From Thermodesulfobacteriota bacterium (GTDB lineage: Bacteria; Desulfobacterota; Desulfobulbia; Desulfobulbales; SURF-16), in contig JBFMAY010000032.1 of assembly GCA_040755455.1 (NCBI GenBank), positions 1 to 46,460 on the forward strand: 46,460 nucleotides of DNA, in the 5' to 3' direction. A program made the position numbers and the translations under genes. Numbering within the stretch: the first letter of the stretch is position 1; every line of letters begins with the position of its first letter. Positions 1 to 9,880 of the stretch are shown piece after piece. The notes beneath the pieces were generated by a model. It saw only the letters and a program-made list of their open reading frames with translations. It had not been told where the DNA came from and searched no databases.

Positions 1-71
1 TTGTGCGCTCGACCCGGTGGTGGGCCGGTGCGACGCGGGGGCCAGCCAGCGGATCCTTGATCCGCGCGGCG

Positions 72-98
72 TTGGCACTCCGCGCAGCGGAGTGCCAA
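72..98. promoter_or_regulatory. CIRCE element (HrcA operator)
   Basis: Perfect inverted repeat TTGGCACTC-N9(cgcgcagcg)-GAGTGCCAA, matching the consensus TTAGCACTC-N9-GAGTGCTAA with one symmetric change per arm. The regulated gene probably lies left of the window. Confidence 0.88.
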
Positions 99-468
99 CA
101 AGTTATTAGCTGGACGGAATTCGTCCTATCAATAGTCATATTTGTGGTGTTAGCGATAAAAGCAAAATATATACCAATATTTTAAGTCGACTAAAAAAAA
201 CTAAAGAAAAGGGTCAAATCCGCTTTTGGCTTTTATCCCGTTCATAAAAGTTCATGCTACAAATCCAAAATCATTGATACTATTCTATTAGGTGCAATAA
301 TTTGCAAGGGAAATGTGACGTGTGGGTATCTTTGAATTGGCGAGCAATATAATTGAGATGTGAATTGGCAATTCTTACCAATCGCGCATAACCTCAGGTT
401 GACCTTCCTGAATATCCCCGGTTTCAGGCCACCCGGGCTTAGACAACCTTTCCTGTTTTGACGCAAAC

Positions 469-505
469 AAAAAAACCGGGCATCCTTAATGGACACCCGG
501 TTTTT
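469..505 (-). terminator. Intrinsic terminator of the glutamate synthase operon (possibly bidirectional)
   Basis: aaaaaaaccgggcatcc-ttaat-ggacacccggttttt hairpin flanked by A and T tracts, about 30 nt after the stop at 538. Confidence 0.8.
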
Positions 506-537
506 GGTTGAAAAAGGGAATCAGGGAATCTGTGCCG

Positions 538-2922
538 CTAAAAAGGCCGCATCAGCCAGACCCCGCAGGGGCAGGTATTGGCGCAGAAGCCGCAGGCGAT
601 ACACTTGTCATCATCGGAAACATACTTATAGTCGTTTTCACCGATCTTCTCCCGGGTGATGGCGCCGGTGGGACAGATGGTCTCGCACATATGGCAGTCA
701 CGGCAGGTACCGCAGCTCATGCAGCGATCCGCCTCATGGATGTCCGAATGTTCGCCCGGGCAGGTTTCCGGTTCATAGTGGGCCGGGGTCAGATTCTGGA
801 TATTGACCACCTGCTTGGTGAACGGCTTCCACGCCTCGCCCTTGATCTCGGCGATAATGGCATGGGCGGCATTCTTGCCATGACCCAGGGCGTTGGTGGC
901 CAGTCCCGGCCGCTCGACATCACCGACGGCATAGATCCGCGGATCAGACGTGCGGCAGGCCTCATTGGTCTTGATCCAGCCCGCGCCGCCCACGGTAAGC
1001 ACCTCCACGCTGTCCGACAGGAAATTCAGCGCCGGCACGTCGCCAATGGAGATGATCACCGTCTGGGCCGGGATCAGCTCATCGGCCGCATCAATCAGCC
1101 CGTCCGCCGTGACTTCCTTGGTGGAAACCGGCCACTTGAATTTGGCGCCCAGGGCCTCGGCCGCCTTTTTCTCCTTGCCAAAGGCCAGGGGTTTCTGGAT
1201 ATCGACCAGGGTCACCTCCTGGGCGCCCAGTCGGTAGCACTCGCAGGCCACATCGCAGCCGACATTGCCGGCGCCGATGATGACCACCTGTTTGCCCACC
1301 GCCGGCGGCTTATCGCTCTTGGCCGCCTTGAGGAAATCAAGGGCGGCGATGACACGTTCATGGCCGGGGAAGGGTATGCGGCGCGGCTCGTGGGTACCGA
1401 CCGCCACAATCACATAATCATAATCCTTCTTTAGCTGGGCAAACTTGTCCTTGGTCATGCTGACGCCGAAATGAACATGGATATTGGGGGTATCCATGAA
1501 ACGCTTGACCTCTGCATCCCAGATGCCCCGGGGCAGTCTTTCCCAGGGAATCACCTGGGCCAGCTTACCGCCCAGTTTGTCGTCGCGCTCGAAGATATGG
1601 GCCTCTACCCCGCGCAGGGCCAGCTGCCAGGCGGCATTCATGCCTCCTGGGCCGCCGCCGATGATGGCGACTTTCTTGCCCAGGGGCGCAGCCACCGCCG
1701 GTGCGGGAAAGTCCTTGACCGCCCGGCCGAGCATGGCCACATCAATACTCTGGTCAACCATCTGGCGGGAACAATTCTGCATGCAGAGATTCGGGCAGAT
1801 GGAACCGCAGACCGAAGCAGGGAAAGGGGTATACTCCAGCACCAGTTCGTAGGCGTCTTTCTCCCTGCCTTCCCGCATCAGACGCAGACGGTCGATGGTG
1901 GGAATGTGCACCGGGCAGTAATAGGCGCAGGGCGCGGCTGACTCCTGGTTGGCCCAGAACGGCTTACGCCGTCTGAGCTCGCCGGTTTCAATGAGGCCGA
2001 TGGGCGAACGGTCAAGACCGGGGGCAATATCCCGGATGGGATCGCCGCCGCCGAAACCCTTGTCCCAGATATTTTTGCGGAACTCCTGCATGGACATGGG
2101 GCCGGAAAACATCAGAGCCCTGTCCTGGGGAGGAATGGCCTCAAGCATCTTCCAGTCTTCGCGCACGGAAAGCAGCTCGAGCAGATCCATGCGGTTGATC
2201 GCCGTCAGATAGCCGGGCAGACGGTCAAGCAGCCACTGCCATTGCGCATCGTTGGGCAATATTGCCATGACATTGGAGCGGGCGTAGGACTGATCGGTCT
2301 GGCCCCGGTAATAGATGGAGCCGCCGACCATGCCGACACAGGGCCGGTAACCGAGCACATTTTCCGGAGTTTTCGGATTGACGCCGCAGACCACGCCGAT
2401 GCCGCCGCAGTTGAATTCGGCAAAGGTATCGCCCACCGAGCCGAGCACCCACAGTTGCGGCCTCTGGTAATCAGGGTTCCACTTGGTCATGGTGAGACCG
2501 CGGGAGCCGATGGAGCCGCCGATCATCACCCGGCCCTCGGCCATGGCGTTACACACCCCGTTGGTGGCATCGCCCATGACAATGATGTCCGCGCCGATGT
2601 TGAGATAGCCCACATCGTCCGAGGCGGAGCCGTGGCAGGTGATGGTGGTGCCGGGCATGCCCATGCAGCCGAGCCGCTGCCCGGCCGGACCATTGACGCG
2701 GATGTCCAGTTTTTTGCCCTTGGGGTTCAGCCGCCCGCCAACATTATGCTGCCCATATGTTTCCATGATGAGCTGCGATGACTTCTTGAATGCCTCCTGC
2801 ACCAATTCCTCGAAATCCTTGGAACTGATCCGGTTGCCGCGCTCATCCAGTCCTTTGATGGTAATTGCTTCAGTCACTTCTTTTTCTCCGGTAGGAACGG
2901 GAACGGTCGCCTGTTCCCGCAT
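538..2922 (-). CDS. Glutamate synthase subunit: GXGXG beta-helix domain fused to a GltD-like FAD/NAD(P)H oxidoreductase and a C-terminal 2x[4Fe-4S] domain
   Basis: N-terminal GXGXG-type repeats (GPAGQRLG, GDTFAEFNCGG, CVGMVGG); Fe-S motif CAYYCPVH...CGSICPNLC; Rossmann motifs GGGPGG and GAGNVG; two C-terminal CxxCxxCxxxCP motifs. Confidence 0.9.
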   Translation of the reverse strand: MREQATVPVPTGEKEVTEAITIKGLDERGNRISSKDFEELVQEAFKKSSQLIMETYGQHNVGGRLNPKGKKLDIRVNGPAGQRLGCMGMPGTTITCHGSASDDVGYLNIGADIIVMGDATNGVCNAMAEGRVMIGGSIGSRGLTMTKWNPDYQRPQLWVLGSVGDTFAEFNCGGIGVVCGVNPKTPENVLGYRPCVGMVGGSIYYRGQTDQSYARSNVMAILPNDAQWQWLLDRLPGYLTAINRMDLLELLSVREDWKMLEAIPPQDRALMFSGPMSMQEFRKNIWDKGFGGGDPIRDIAPGLDRSPIGLIETGELRRRKPFWANQESAAPCAYYCPVHIPTIDRLRLMREGREKDAYELVLEYTPFPASVCGSICPNLCMQNCSRQMVDQSIDVAMLGRAVKDFPAPAVAAPLGKKVAIIGGGPGGMNAAWQLALRGVEAHIFERDDKLGGKLAQVIPWERLPRGIWDAEVKRFMDTPNIHVHFGVSMTKDKFAQLKKDYDYVIVAVGTHEPRRIPFPGHERVIAALDFLKAAKSDKPPAVGKQVVIIGAGNVGCDVACECYRLGAQEVTLVDIQKPLAFGKEKKAAEALGAKFKWPVSTKEVTADGLIDAADELIPAQTVIISIGDVPALNFLSDSVEVLTVGGAGWIKTNEACRTSDPRIYAVGDVERPGLATNALGHGKNAAHAIIAEIKGEAWKPFTKQVVNIQNLTPAHYEPETCPGEHSDIHEADRCMSCGTCRDCHMCETICPTGAITREKIGENDYKYVSDDDKCIACGFCANTCPCGVWLMRPF

Positions 2923-2973
2923 TCTTATAATTGCCGGCCTTCGGTGTTGTGCCTAATGCCTAATGCCTTATTA

Positions 2974-4614
2974 TCAACAGACGTATTTGATATCCAGCCG
3001 TTTGGCGACCGCCTCATCACTGATGCCGATGGCATCGGACATGCCGATGGGCAGGCTCTGCGAGCGGCCGAGCGGCGCCATGATCTTCTTGATCTCGGTG
3101 CGGATCGCCATGAAGGTGTCAACCACCCGCTGGGCCACCTGATCGGGATCCAGCCGGCGGTACAGTTTCGGGTTCTGGCTGGTGATACCCTTGGGGCAGA
3201 TGCCGAGGTTGCAGACGTTGCAGCGGTTCTGCTCGCTGCCCAGACAGCCGGCCGCCGCCTGCATGATGTATTTGCCCATGTGCACGCCGCTCGCGCCGAG
3301 CATGATGAGCGCCATGCCGTTCTGGGTGACGTTGCCGGTTTTGCCGATACCGCCGGCGGCAAAGATCGGGATCTCGTTCTGCTTGCCCTGGGCACAGAGA
3401 TCAAGGTAGCAGTCCCTGACGTTGGAGGCGATGGGATGGCCCATGGTGTCCATGCTGACATTGTAGGCCGCGCCGGTGCCGCCGTCTATGCCGTCGATCA
3501 AGAGGCCAGCGGCATAGGGGTTGCGCACCAGGTTGTTGAGCACCGATTTGGCTGAGTTGGAGCCGGAAATCTTCGGATAGACCGGCACCCGGAAGTTCCA
3601 GGCCATGGACATGGTCTGGATCATCTTCATGACCGACTCCTCAATGGAGTAGAGGGTCTGATGCACCGGCGGCGAGGGCAGGTCAACGCCTTCCGGCACG
3701 CCGCGCAGCCGGGCGATGAGCTTGCTCACCTTGAACCACATGAGAAGCCCCCCGTCGCCTGGTTTCGCCCCCTGGCCGTATTTGATCTCAATGGCCGCCG
3801 GGTCGCACTGCATGTCCGGGATGGCGCGGATAATCTCGTCCCAGCCGAAATAGCCGGAGGCGATCTGCAGGATGATGTATTTCAGGAACGGGCTCCTCAG
3901 CACCCACGGCGGACAGCCGCCCTCGCCAGTGGCCATGACCACCGGCATGCCGAGCACCTCGTTGCAGTAAGCCACGCCCTGCAGCAGCCCGAGCCACATA
4001 TTGGGGGACAGGGCGCCGAAGGACATGGAGCCGACGATAAAGGGAAAGATCTCGCGCACCGGCGGGATCCACTCCCCACTCATTTTGCGGCGGATATACT
4101 CCTCGGGGGAGAGAACCCGGCCGAGCAGGGTATTGAAGAAAAACTCGTGGCGTCCGGCATCAAGGGCCGGGTCGGTGAGCATGGAGATACGGTTGAAGAT
4201 GATCTTGTCCAGCAGGCCCGGCGCCGGGTCGTTTCGGCGGCCGCCGCGTTTGACCGGCTCGCCGCCCACCGTGCTCTGAAAACGGAAGCGGTCGGCCATG
4301 GAATTGGGAACCGGCTTGATGGCCGAGTTCGGACACACCATGGCGCAGGTGCCGCAGCCGATGCACTTGTTGGCGATCTCGGTCTTCTGCCGGATACCGA
4401 CAAAGGTGCGGAACGAACTGCCGCGCTCGCTTGAGGTCAGCACCAGGCGCGGCATGCGCTGCCGCATATAGGTCAGCTTGATGGCATAAACCGGGCATAC
4501 CGCGGTGCAGCGACCGCAGAGGGTGCAGCGGTCCTCCCGATGCTCGATGATCCAGGGCAGGTCGCCGGGGGTTAAGCTGCTTGGGGTAGAGGGAATTGAT
4601 CGAATTGAGACCAT
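2974..4614 (-). CDS. Glutamate synthase FMN-binding (synthase) subunit with N-terminal ferredoxin domain
   Basis: MSFGALS, ATGEGG, QIASGYFG, EIKYGQGAKPGDGG, DGGTGA and CxxGxCPxGITSQ motifs; two N-terminal CxxCxxCxxxCP; AGGAG SD before the ATG. Confidence 0.92.
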   Translation of the reverse strand: MVSIRSIPSTPSSLTPGDLPWIIEHREDRCTLCGRCTAVCPVYAIKLTYMRQRMPRLVLTSSERGSSFRTFVGIRQKTEIANKCIGCGTCAMVCPNSAIKPVPNSMADRFRFQSTVGGEPVKRGGRRNDPAPGLLDKIIFNRISMLTDPALDAGRHEFFFNTLLGRVLSPEEYIRRKMSGEWIPPVREIFPFIVGSMSFGALSPNMWLGLLQGVAYCNEVLGMPVVMATGEGGCPPWVLRSPFLKYIILQIASGYFGWDEIIRAIPDMQCDPAAIEIKYGQGAKPGDGGLLMWFKVSKLIARLRGVPEGVDLPSPPVHQTLYSIEESVMKMIQTMSMAWNFRVPVYPKISGSNSAKSVLNNLVRNPYAAGLLIDGIDGGTGAAYNVSMDTMGHPIASNVRDCYLDLCAQGKQNEIPIFAAGGIGKTGNVTQNGMALIMLGASGVHMGKYIMQAAAGCLGSEQNRCNVCNLGICPKGITSQNPKLYRRLDPDQVAQRVVDTFMAIRTEIKKIMAPLGRSQSLPIGMSDAIGISDEAVAKRLDIKYVC

Positions 4615-5714
4615 ATCTTAAACTCCTGTCGGTCTGGAGGAACGATAACTGTATGCTGACGCATCGGTTGAAAATCAAGGGACGGATCCCGGTCCGGAAT
4701 CATGGCATCCACTCCGCACATCTCTGAAGCAATGGCCCACTCGCCGGGTTTGCCGCCGATGGTGGCCGGACGCATCTTCTTGGCGTCCATGACCAGCAGA
4801 CAGGTTTCATCAGGCAGAGTGCCGATGACCGCGTTGGGACCGTCAATGATCAGGCGGCGGCAGGCATCCCGCAGGCCGAGGAGAAAATCCCCCTGGGGAT
4901 GGGCCTTCAGCTCATCTGTCTTCAAGGGGGTGATGACGTGTTTATATGCCGTAAGGGGGAGTTTCAGCTGTTTCACCACATAATGGAGAATATGGGCGAA
5001 AACCTCGCTGTCCGACTGATAGCCGATATAGCCGGGGAAACCCCTGCCGGTGAGCCAGTCCTTGATCGGGATAAAGGCGGTGTTCTCGCCGTTGGTCATG
5101 GTGGCGATGCCCTGAATGAAGAAGGGATGGCAGGCATAGAGGTTGATGCCCCAGTTGGTGTTCTGCCGGCCCTGGGCCATGCAGACCCGGGATTTGATGC
5201 GGTGGCTGTCAAGGCCGAGGGCCTCACCCAAACCCAGCGGCCAGCCCACCTCCTTGATCATGGCCACATCGGGCCAGAAGGAAAAGATAGTCAGGTCGCC
5301 GCCGTGCTCTTCCCCGTCCTTGCGCAGGGCCAGCCGGATCATCATCATTTCATTTTCGATCTGCGCCCTGGACAGAATTTCCCAGGCAGCCGGTTTCCGG
5401 TAAACCCGCAGAATATATTTATATCTGTCCCTGGACTCAATTCTGGTCAGATCAACATCAAATTCATGATCGTACTGAATTTGAAAGCCGCGGCTCTGCA
5501 TGAAGACATTCAGCCGGTGGAGGGCCTCTTCGCTATGGGCGATTCCGGACAGGATAGGCTCGCCCGCCTTGTAGCTGTAATCGGCAAACTGCAGTCCCCG
5601 CAACAGAAGTCCCAAGCCGCTGCCATCATATCCCTCCTGCATCGCCTCCATGGCCTGCAGCACGCTAAAGGGAGAGAATGGCTCACTGGCGGTTTTTAAC
5701 GCTAACCGGCACAT
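4572..5714 (-). CDS. Glutamate synthase class II glutamine amidotransferase subunit
   Basis: Ntn nucleophile Met-Cys-Arg at the N-terminus; GRQNTN, HPFF, NGEN, QSDSEV and ASE motifs; operon context. Confidence 0.9.
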   Translation of the reverse strand: MCRLALKTASEPFSPFSVLQAMEAMQEGYDGSGLGLLLRGLQFADYSYKAGEPILSGIAHSEEALHRLNVFMQSRGFQIQYDHEFDVDLTRIESRDRYKYILRVYRKPAAWEILSRAQIENEMMMIRLALRKDGEEHGGDLTIFSFWPDVAMIKEVGWPLGLGEALGLDSHRIKSRVCMAQGRQNTNWGINLYACHPFFIQGIATMTNGENTAFIPIKDWLTGRGFPGYIGYQSDSEVFAHILHYVVKQLKLPLTAYKHVITPLKTDELKAHPQGDFLLGLRDACRRLIIDGPNAVIGTLPDETCLLVMDAKKMRPATIGGKPGEWAIASEMCGVDAMIPDRDPSLDFQPMRQHTVIVPPDRQEFKIWSQFDQFPLPQAA

Positions 5715-6005
5715 CAGTTACTCCTTGGTTTGTTGGTAAAAAACAGAACATATTGATAATATTGCAGATATGAAAACGCGCCCCGCAAGCTGGCTGAGAG
5801 CAATCGTTGATTTCAGGGAAGTTCTTCTTTCATCCATTCGCGTCCCTGCAGCACGCTGCCAGGAAACCGCGCCCGCTTTTCAATCCAAAAAATCACAGCT
5901 GATTTTCCCAAATGAAAATCCTTCTGCGAATACAACGAAAGAGCCTGCTTGTCAAGAGGAATTGCCCGCAAGGCCGCGAGGGGGAAATGACCAGGTCGGA
6001 ACATT

Positions 6006-7316
6006 TTACCGCAATGGACCGGCCTCACGCCAGAAAAGGGGCAGGCATATCTCGATCGACTGCAGAGCGTCCCCCCCCTTTTTGCCCTTGAAGTTCACTT
6101 CACCCTGATGCTCCGCCATGATCTGGCTGGCCAGATTGAGGCTCAGATTGCGGTTTTCCCGCCGCAGGGCCTTGGAAGAAGCCGCCTGGGTATAATAAAC
6201 ACTGATGCAGGGCCGATCCTCGGCAGTGGTCATCTTCACCGTCATCTCTCCACCCATGGCGGATGCGGCGGCGGCCTGCCGGAAAATAGCGAGCAGGGCA
6301 ATGATTAAGGTCCGGCGGTTGGCCTGCACCAGCACCTTTCTGTCCGGCAGAATCATCCTGGGCCGGATCTTTTTCCTGCTCAAGGTCACGCACAGGGAGA
6401 GGGCCTCATTGACCATATCGATAAGGTCTTCGTCCTGGAACAGATTTTTTTTGCGGGCAGCGAGGGAGTCGAAATCCCGCACCGCCTCCTCAAGCTTTTC
6501 CGCCTGTTTCTTCAAGGCCAGCAGCCCGCTTTTCTCTTTGTCGTTCCCTGCGCCCCTGGCCGCAAGCAGCCTGGCCAGACCGCCGATGACGGTGGCAGGA
6601 TTTCTGATGCGGTCGGCGATCCGCAATGACATCTCCACCATGGTCCGCTCCTCGGCCATCTCCTCAAGGCTCCTGCTCAATAAAAAAAGCTCGGCGTTTA
6701 CCCGGTCCAGTTCCCTGGTCCGCGCCGATTTTTCCCTGAGCAGCTTGACCACCTCATCATGCTTGATCTTTAGATTCTCCACAAAGGACTCTTCCGTATC
6801 GGCAAAGAGTTCCCTTCTTATCTTGTCTTCAAGCTGCTGGAGTTCTTCCCATGCCAGTCCCAGTCCCCATTTCAGACATTTGATGCGCACCGGCATGCCC
6901 CGCATGCCCCGCATGCCCTGGGCGAGAACCACCCTGTCCAGCACGCTGCGCGCCCCCCGGACCGCCGCCAGTCTGCCGAAGTCCTCGTAAATGTAATCAG
7001 CGGGTACGGTATCCGCCCTGGACCCGTTATCCAGGTTGATAAAAGGTTTTCTGCCCTCAAACTCCAGCGCCAGGCCGCTCTGCCCATCCTTTTCCAGCGA
7101 ATGAACAATGGCAAGATCCACCTTGCCGCCCCCGTATTTCTGCCACAGCAGCCGGGTCATCTCGGATGCGGCGGTGGACAGCTGGGTCACCACCAGACGG
7201 GAACAGCGGGCGGCACCGGCCAGCAGCTTGACCTTGGCGCGGACCAGGGGGATATCCTGGCGGCGGTTGATGACCAAACTGATTATATGTAATGATTCGT
7301 AGATTTCTCTGGCCAT
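6006..7316 (-). CDS. RsbT-like N-terminal domain fused to a degenerate histidine kinase
   Basis: N-terminus DIPLVRAKVK...LSTAASEMTR resembles RsbT. The H-box region reads ADRIRNP (no His) and the G2 box is degenerate (NLSL). The start is uncertain (ATG 7316 or TTG 7322). Confidence 0.6.
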   Translation of the reverse strand: MAREIYESLHIISLVINRRQDIPLVRAKVKLLAGAARCSRLVVTQLSTAASEMTRLLWQKYGGGKVDLAIVHSLEKDGQSGLALEFEGRKPFINLDNGSRADTVPADYIYEDFGRLAAVRGARSVLDRVVLAQGMRGMRGMPVRIKCLKWGLGLAWEELQQLEDKIRRELFADTEESFVENLKIKHDEVVKLLREKSARTRELDRVNAELFLLSRSLEEMAEERTMVEMSLRIADRIRNPATVIGGLARLLAARGAGNDKEKSGLLALKKQAEKLEEAVRDFDSLAARKKNLFQDEDLIDMVNEALSLCVTLSRKKIRPRMILPDRKVLVQANRRTLIIALLAIFRQAAAASAMGGEMTVKMTTAEDRPCISVYYTQAASSKALRRENRNLSLNLASQIMAEHQGEVNFKGKKGGDALQSIEICLPLFWREAGPLR

Positions 7317-8347
7317 TGCCAAGTTACCAGGGTTGCATCGTCACGCAGCGGGATAAGCGGCTCAAAAAGGATCTGGGCGACTACTGCCGGGGCAAGGGTG
7401 AAATCAGCGGATAAATCGGCAATCTTCTGCTGTCCGTCAGTATGCATGGACACCCGCACCCCGGTGACAACCTTGTACTCCTGTCCGGGTATCCTGCGCC
7501 ATTTGGCATGGCCGATAATGCCGGGCTGGTCCGATTCCCGGATGAGCCGGCCGTCAAGGGAGATCAGGGTTGCGATATTGCCGATGCCGGCGGAGGACAG
7601 CAGGCCCTTGACATGGTCAAACAGCAGGACATGGACCGCGGCCCCATTGGTCTCCGCCAGGGCAAACTCCACCTCTTCCAGCAGATGCGCCGGGGGCCAG
7701 AGCAGAGCGTGTCTGCCCAGTTCGGCAAAAACAAGGCGGGTGATCTCCGCCGCCCCTTTGCCCAGCCCGAGGCTGTCAACCAGCGTTATGCGGGTAAAAC
7801 GCCGGTCCTGCTGCACATACACGCCGTCACCGCAGCTCCAGCCCGAACCGTTTCTGGACTGGCTGAGGATGGCCAGAGATCCGCCGATGCGGATAATCTC
7901 CTCGTTTGTCTTGCGGTCAGGCCCGAGCAGGGCGGAAATAATGGTTGCATAGGGGGATCTCGTCTCCGGCCTGGCCAGGCGGGAGAAGATATCCAGCCGG
8001 TCCGACAGCCGCAGGACGGTGCCCAGCCCGGCACCCAGACCGCCGCCCCCCATATTTTTCCGGTGCAGCATCCAGCTTGCTTGATCAAAGCCGGGGCCCT
8101 GATCAAGGCTGGCAATGGCTAAGCAGGGGATTGACGAGGCGTAAAAACCGGAAAGCCGGATCATTCCCTGCACGGTATGATGCATGACATGGTTATGGGC
8201 AAGTTCGCTGGTCACCAGCACGGCCTCGGCCCGACGGTTCTGGGGAAAGCCCAGCAGCATGGCCAGTTCGCCGGCGACCCTCCTGGCCACCGTGGCGCTG
8301 GCCATATCGACAATGGGGATATCGGCGAAAAGGGCGGAGTTATTCAT
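7283..8347 (-). CDS. Anti-sigma-type ATPase (RsbT-like) fused to a PP2C/SpoIIE-like phosphatase (RsbX-like)
   Basis: SELAHN, DQGPG, GLGAGLG (HATPase); CGDG, VDSLGLG, GIGN, HTDG, DDAT (PPM phosphatase motifs). Confidence 0.8.
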   Translation of the reverse strand: MNNSALFADIPIVDMASATVARRVAGELAMLLGFPQNRRAEAVLVTSELAHNHVMHHTVQGMIRLSGFYASSIPCLAIASLDQGPGFDQASWMLHRKNMGGGGLGAGLGTVLRLSDRLDIFSRLARPETRSPYATIISALLGPDRKTNEEIIRIGGSLAILSQSRNGSGWSCGDGVYVQQDRRFTRITLVDSLGLGKGAAEITRLVFAELGRHALLWPPAHLLEEVEFALAETNGAAVHVLLFDHVKGLLSSAGIGNIATLISLDGRLIRESDQPGIIGHAKWRRIPGQEYKVVTGVRVSMHTDGQQKIADLSADFTLAPAVVAQILFEPLIPLRDDATLVTWQWPEKSTNHYI

Positions 8348-8349
8348 GA

Positions 8350-8721
8350 TTATCCATGCCTGTCGGAGTACAGCAATTCTTCCAGCCTGGCCACCGCTTT
8401 TTCCACATCCAGGGCAAAGTCCAGCTCGCTGAGCTGGATGCCGAAATCCGTCAGGGTCATCACCACCGGCACGGAAAGCCCGACCACCACCATCCGGGCG
8501 TGGAGCAGCCGCAGCCCTGCCGCCATATTCTGCAGATGGCCCGCCATATAGGAATCAACCACCTCGACGTTCTGCAGATCAACGATGACCCCCCGGATTT
8601 TTTTCTCGCCCACCTGCCTGCACAGGCCGGCAACCATCCGAGCTACCTCGTCATCGCCGATATCTTCCTGGATGGACACCAGCAGCATATGCCCCAGGGG
8701 AAAAAAGGAAAACGGTTGCAT
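8350..8721 (-). CDS. rsbS: STAS-domain RsbS-like antagonist
   Basis: Single STAS domain of 123 aa; VVDSY phosphorylation-site motif; C-terminal ALDVEKA; lies directly after rsbR. Confidence 0.8.
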   Translation of the reverse strand: MQPFSFFPLGHMLLVSIQEDIGDDEVARMVAGLCRQVGEKKIRGVIVDLQNVEVVDSYMAGHLQNMAAGLRLLHARMVVVGLSVPVVMTLTDFGIQLSELDFALDVEKAVARLEELLYSDRHG

Positions 8722-8739
8722 GACCGCCTCTTTACAACA

Positions 8740-9621
8740 TCACTCGCTGCTGCCGCCGCGAACCAGGGCAATCGCCCTGGCGACCTGCTCCGATTTCATG
8801 GCCAGCTGGCCGATGGCGAAATGCAGGGCATCGGTCATTCTGCCTCTCACCGTAAGGTTCTCCAGCCCCACCCCGCCTTGGGCGATCACCTGGGCGATGT
8901 GCGGCCCCACCCCGGTGAGAATGGCCTCGCTGCCCATGAGCCGGGTGGCGTTGGCCGTCTGCAGGATATGGCTCGCCACCTCGGAGTCCACCATGGGCAC
9001 GCCGGTGATGTCGATGATGACGAAAGAGGCCCGGTGCTGTTCAATGGCCTCCAGCACCCTTTCCATGGCAATCTTGGCCCGGTGGCTGTCCAGGGTGCCG
9101 ATGAGCGGCAGGGTCAGGATGCCGTCCCAGATCTCGATCACCGGCGTGGAAAGCTCCATGATTTCATCCTGCAGATGGCGGATATCCTCCTCCCGCTTCT
9201 TAATGAGCTGCTCCTTCTGTTCCAGGATGATCCGGTCCTTTTCCAGACGCTCGGTGATATCGATGAAGTTCTCGACACAGCCGATAATCTCCCCCTTGTA
9301 ATTGCGCAGCGGCCGGGCCGAATATTCGATGGGTATTTCCTGGCCGTTGAACTGCAGCATGGTCTGGCCCTGGTTAATCAGTTGATTTTCCATGGCCAGC
9401 CGGCAGGGACAGTTCTGGGTATTACAGAGCGGCGTGCTGAAGATCTCGTAACATTTACGGTCAAAACATTCGCCGGCCCTTTTGCCCACCATTTTCGCGC
9501 CTGGTTTATTGATCATGAGTATGTTATGATCAGGATCAGTCACAAAAATCCCCGAGGTGATGGCATTGATAATTTCCGACAGAAAACCCTCATCGCGCGT
9601 CAGGTCATTTAGATCTTGCAT
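8740..9621 (-). CDS. rsbR: RsbR-like PAS + STAS stressosome protein
   Basis: N-terminal PAS/PAC domain; C-terminal ELSTPVI, LPLIGTLDSHRA, IIDITGVPMVDS, ILTG motifs. Confidence 0.85.
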   Translation of the reverse strand: MQDLNDLTRDEGFLSEIINAITSGIFVTDPDHNILMINKPGAKMVGKRAGECFDRKCYEIFSTPLCNTQNCPCRLAMENQLINQGQTMLQFNGQEIPIEYSARPLRNYKGEIIGCVENFIDITERLEKDRIILEQKEQLIKKREEDIRHLQDEIMELSTPVIEIWDGILTLPLIGTLDSHRAKIAMERVLEAIEQHRASFVIIDITGVPMVDSEVASHILQTANATRLMGSEAILTGVGPHIAQVIAQGGVGLENLTVRGRMTDALHFAIGQLAMKSEQVARAIALVRGGSSE

Positions 9622-9880
9622 GCATTATTCCCCCTTTTCCGTGAACGCCTGGAGATAACGGCAGGTTATTTCCCGCAAATCCTGCCATGAAGATACCATC
9701 ATTTCCGAATAAAATAAAATTTAAAATTTCCTATATAATGATATACAAACAAAAAAAATAGAAATATTTCAGCCTGGATATTGCAAAACTCACAGAAGCT
9801 GTTTATAAGAACAACAATTTTTCACATAGCTCATTCTTGCATCCAACCTAACATAAAATTTCTCACTTTCGCGGTATGTC

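Noticed and set aside
5845..5865. Sigma54 promoter for the glutamate synthase operon
   Set aside because: The GG-to-GC spacing is 9 nt rather than the required 10.
6892..6918. 9-bp x3 in-frame repeat (GMRGMRGMP), and the 7-bp x3 repeat at 2950-2970
   Set aside because: Real but short slippage repeats with no evidence of function.
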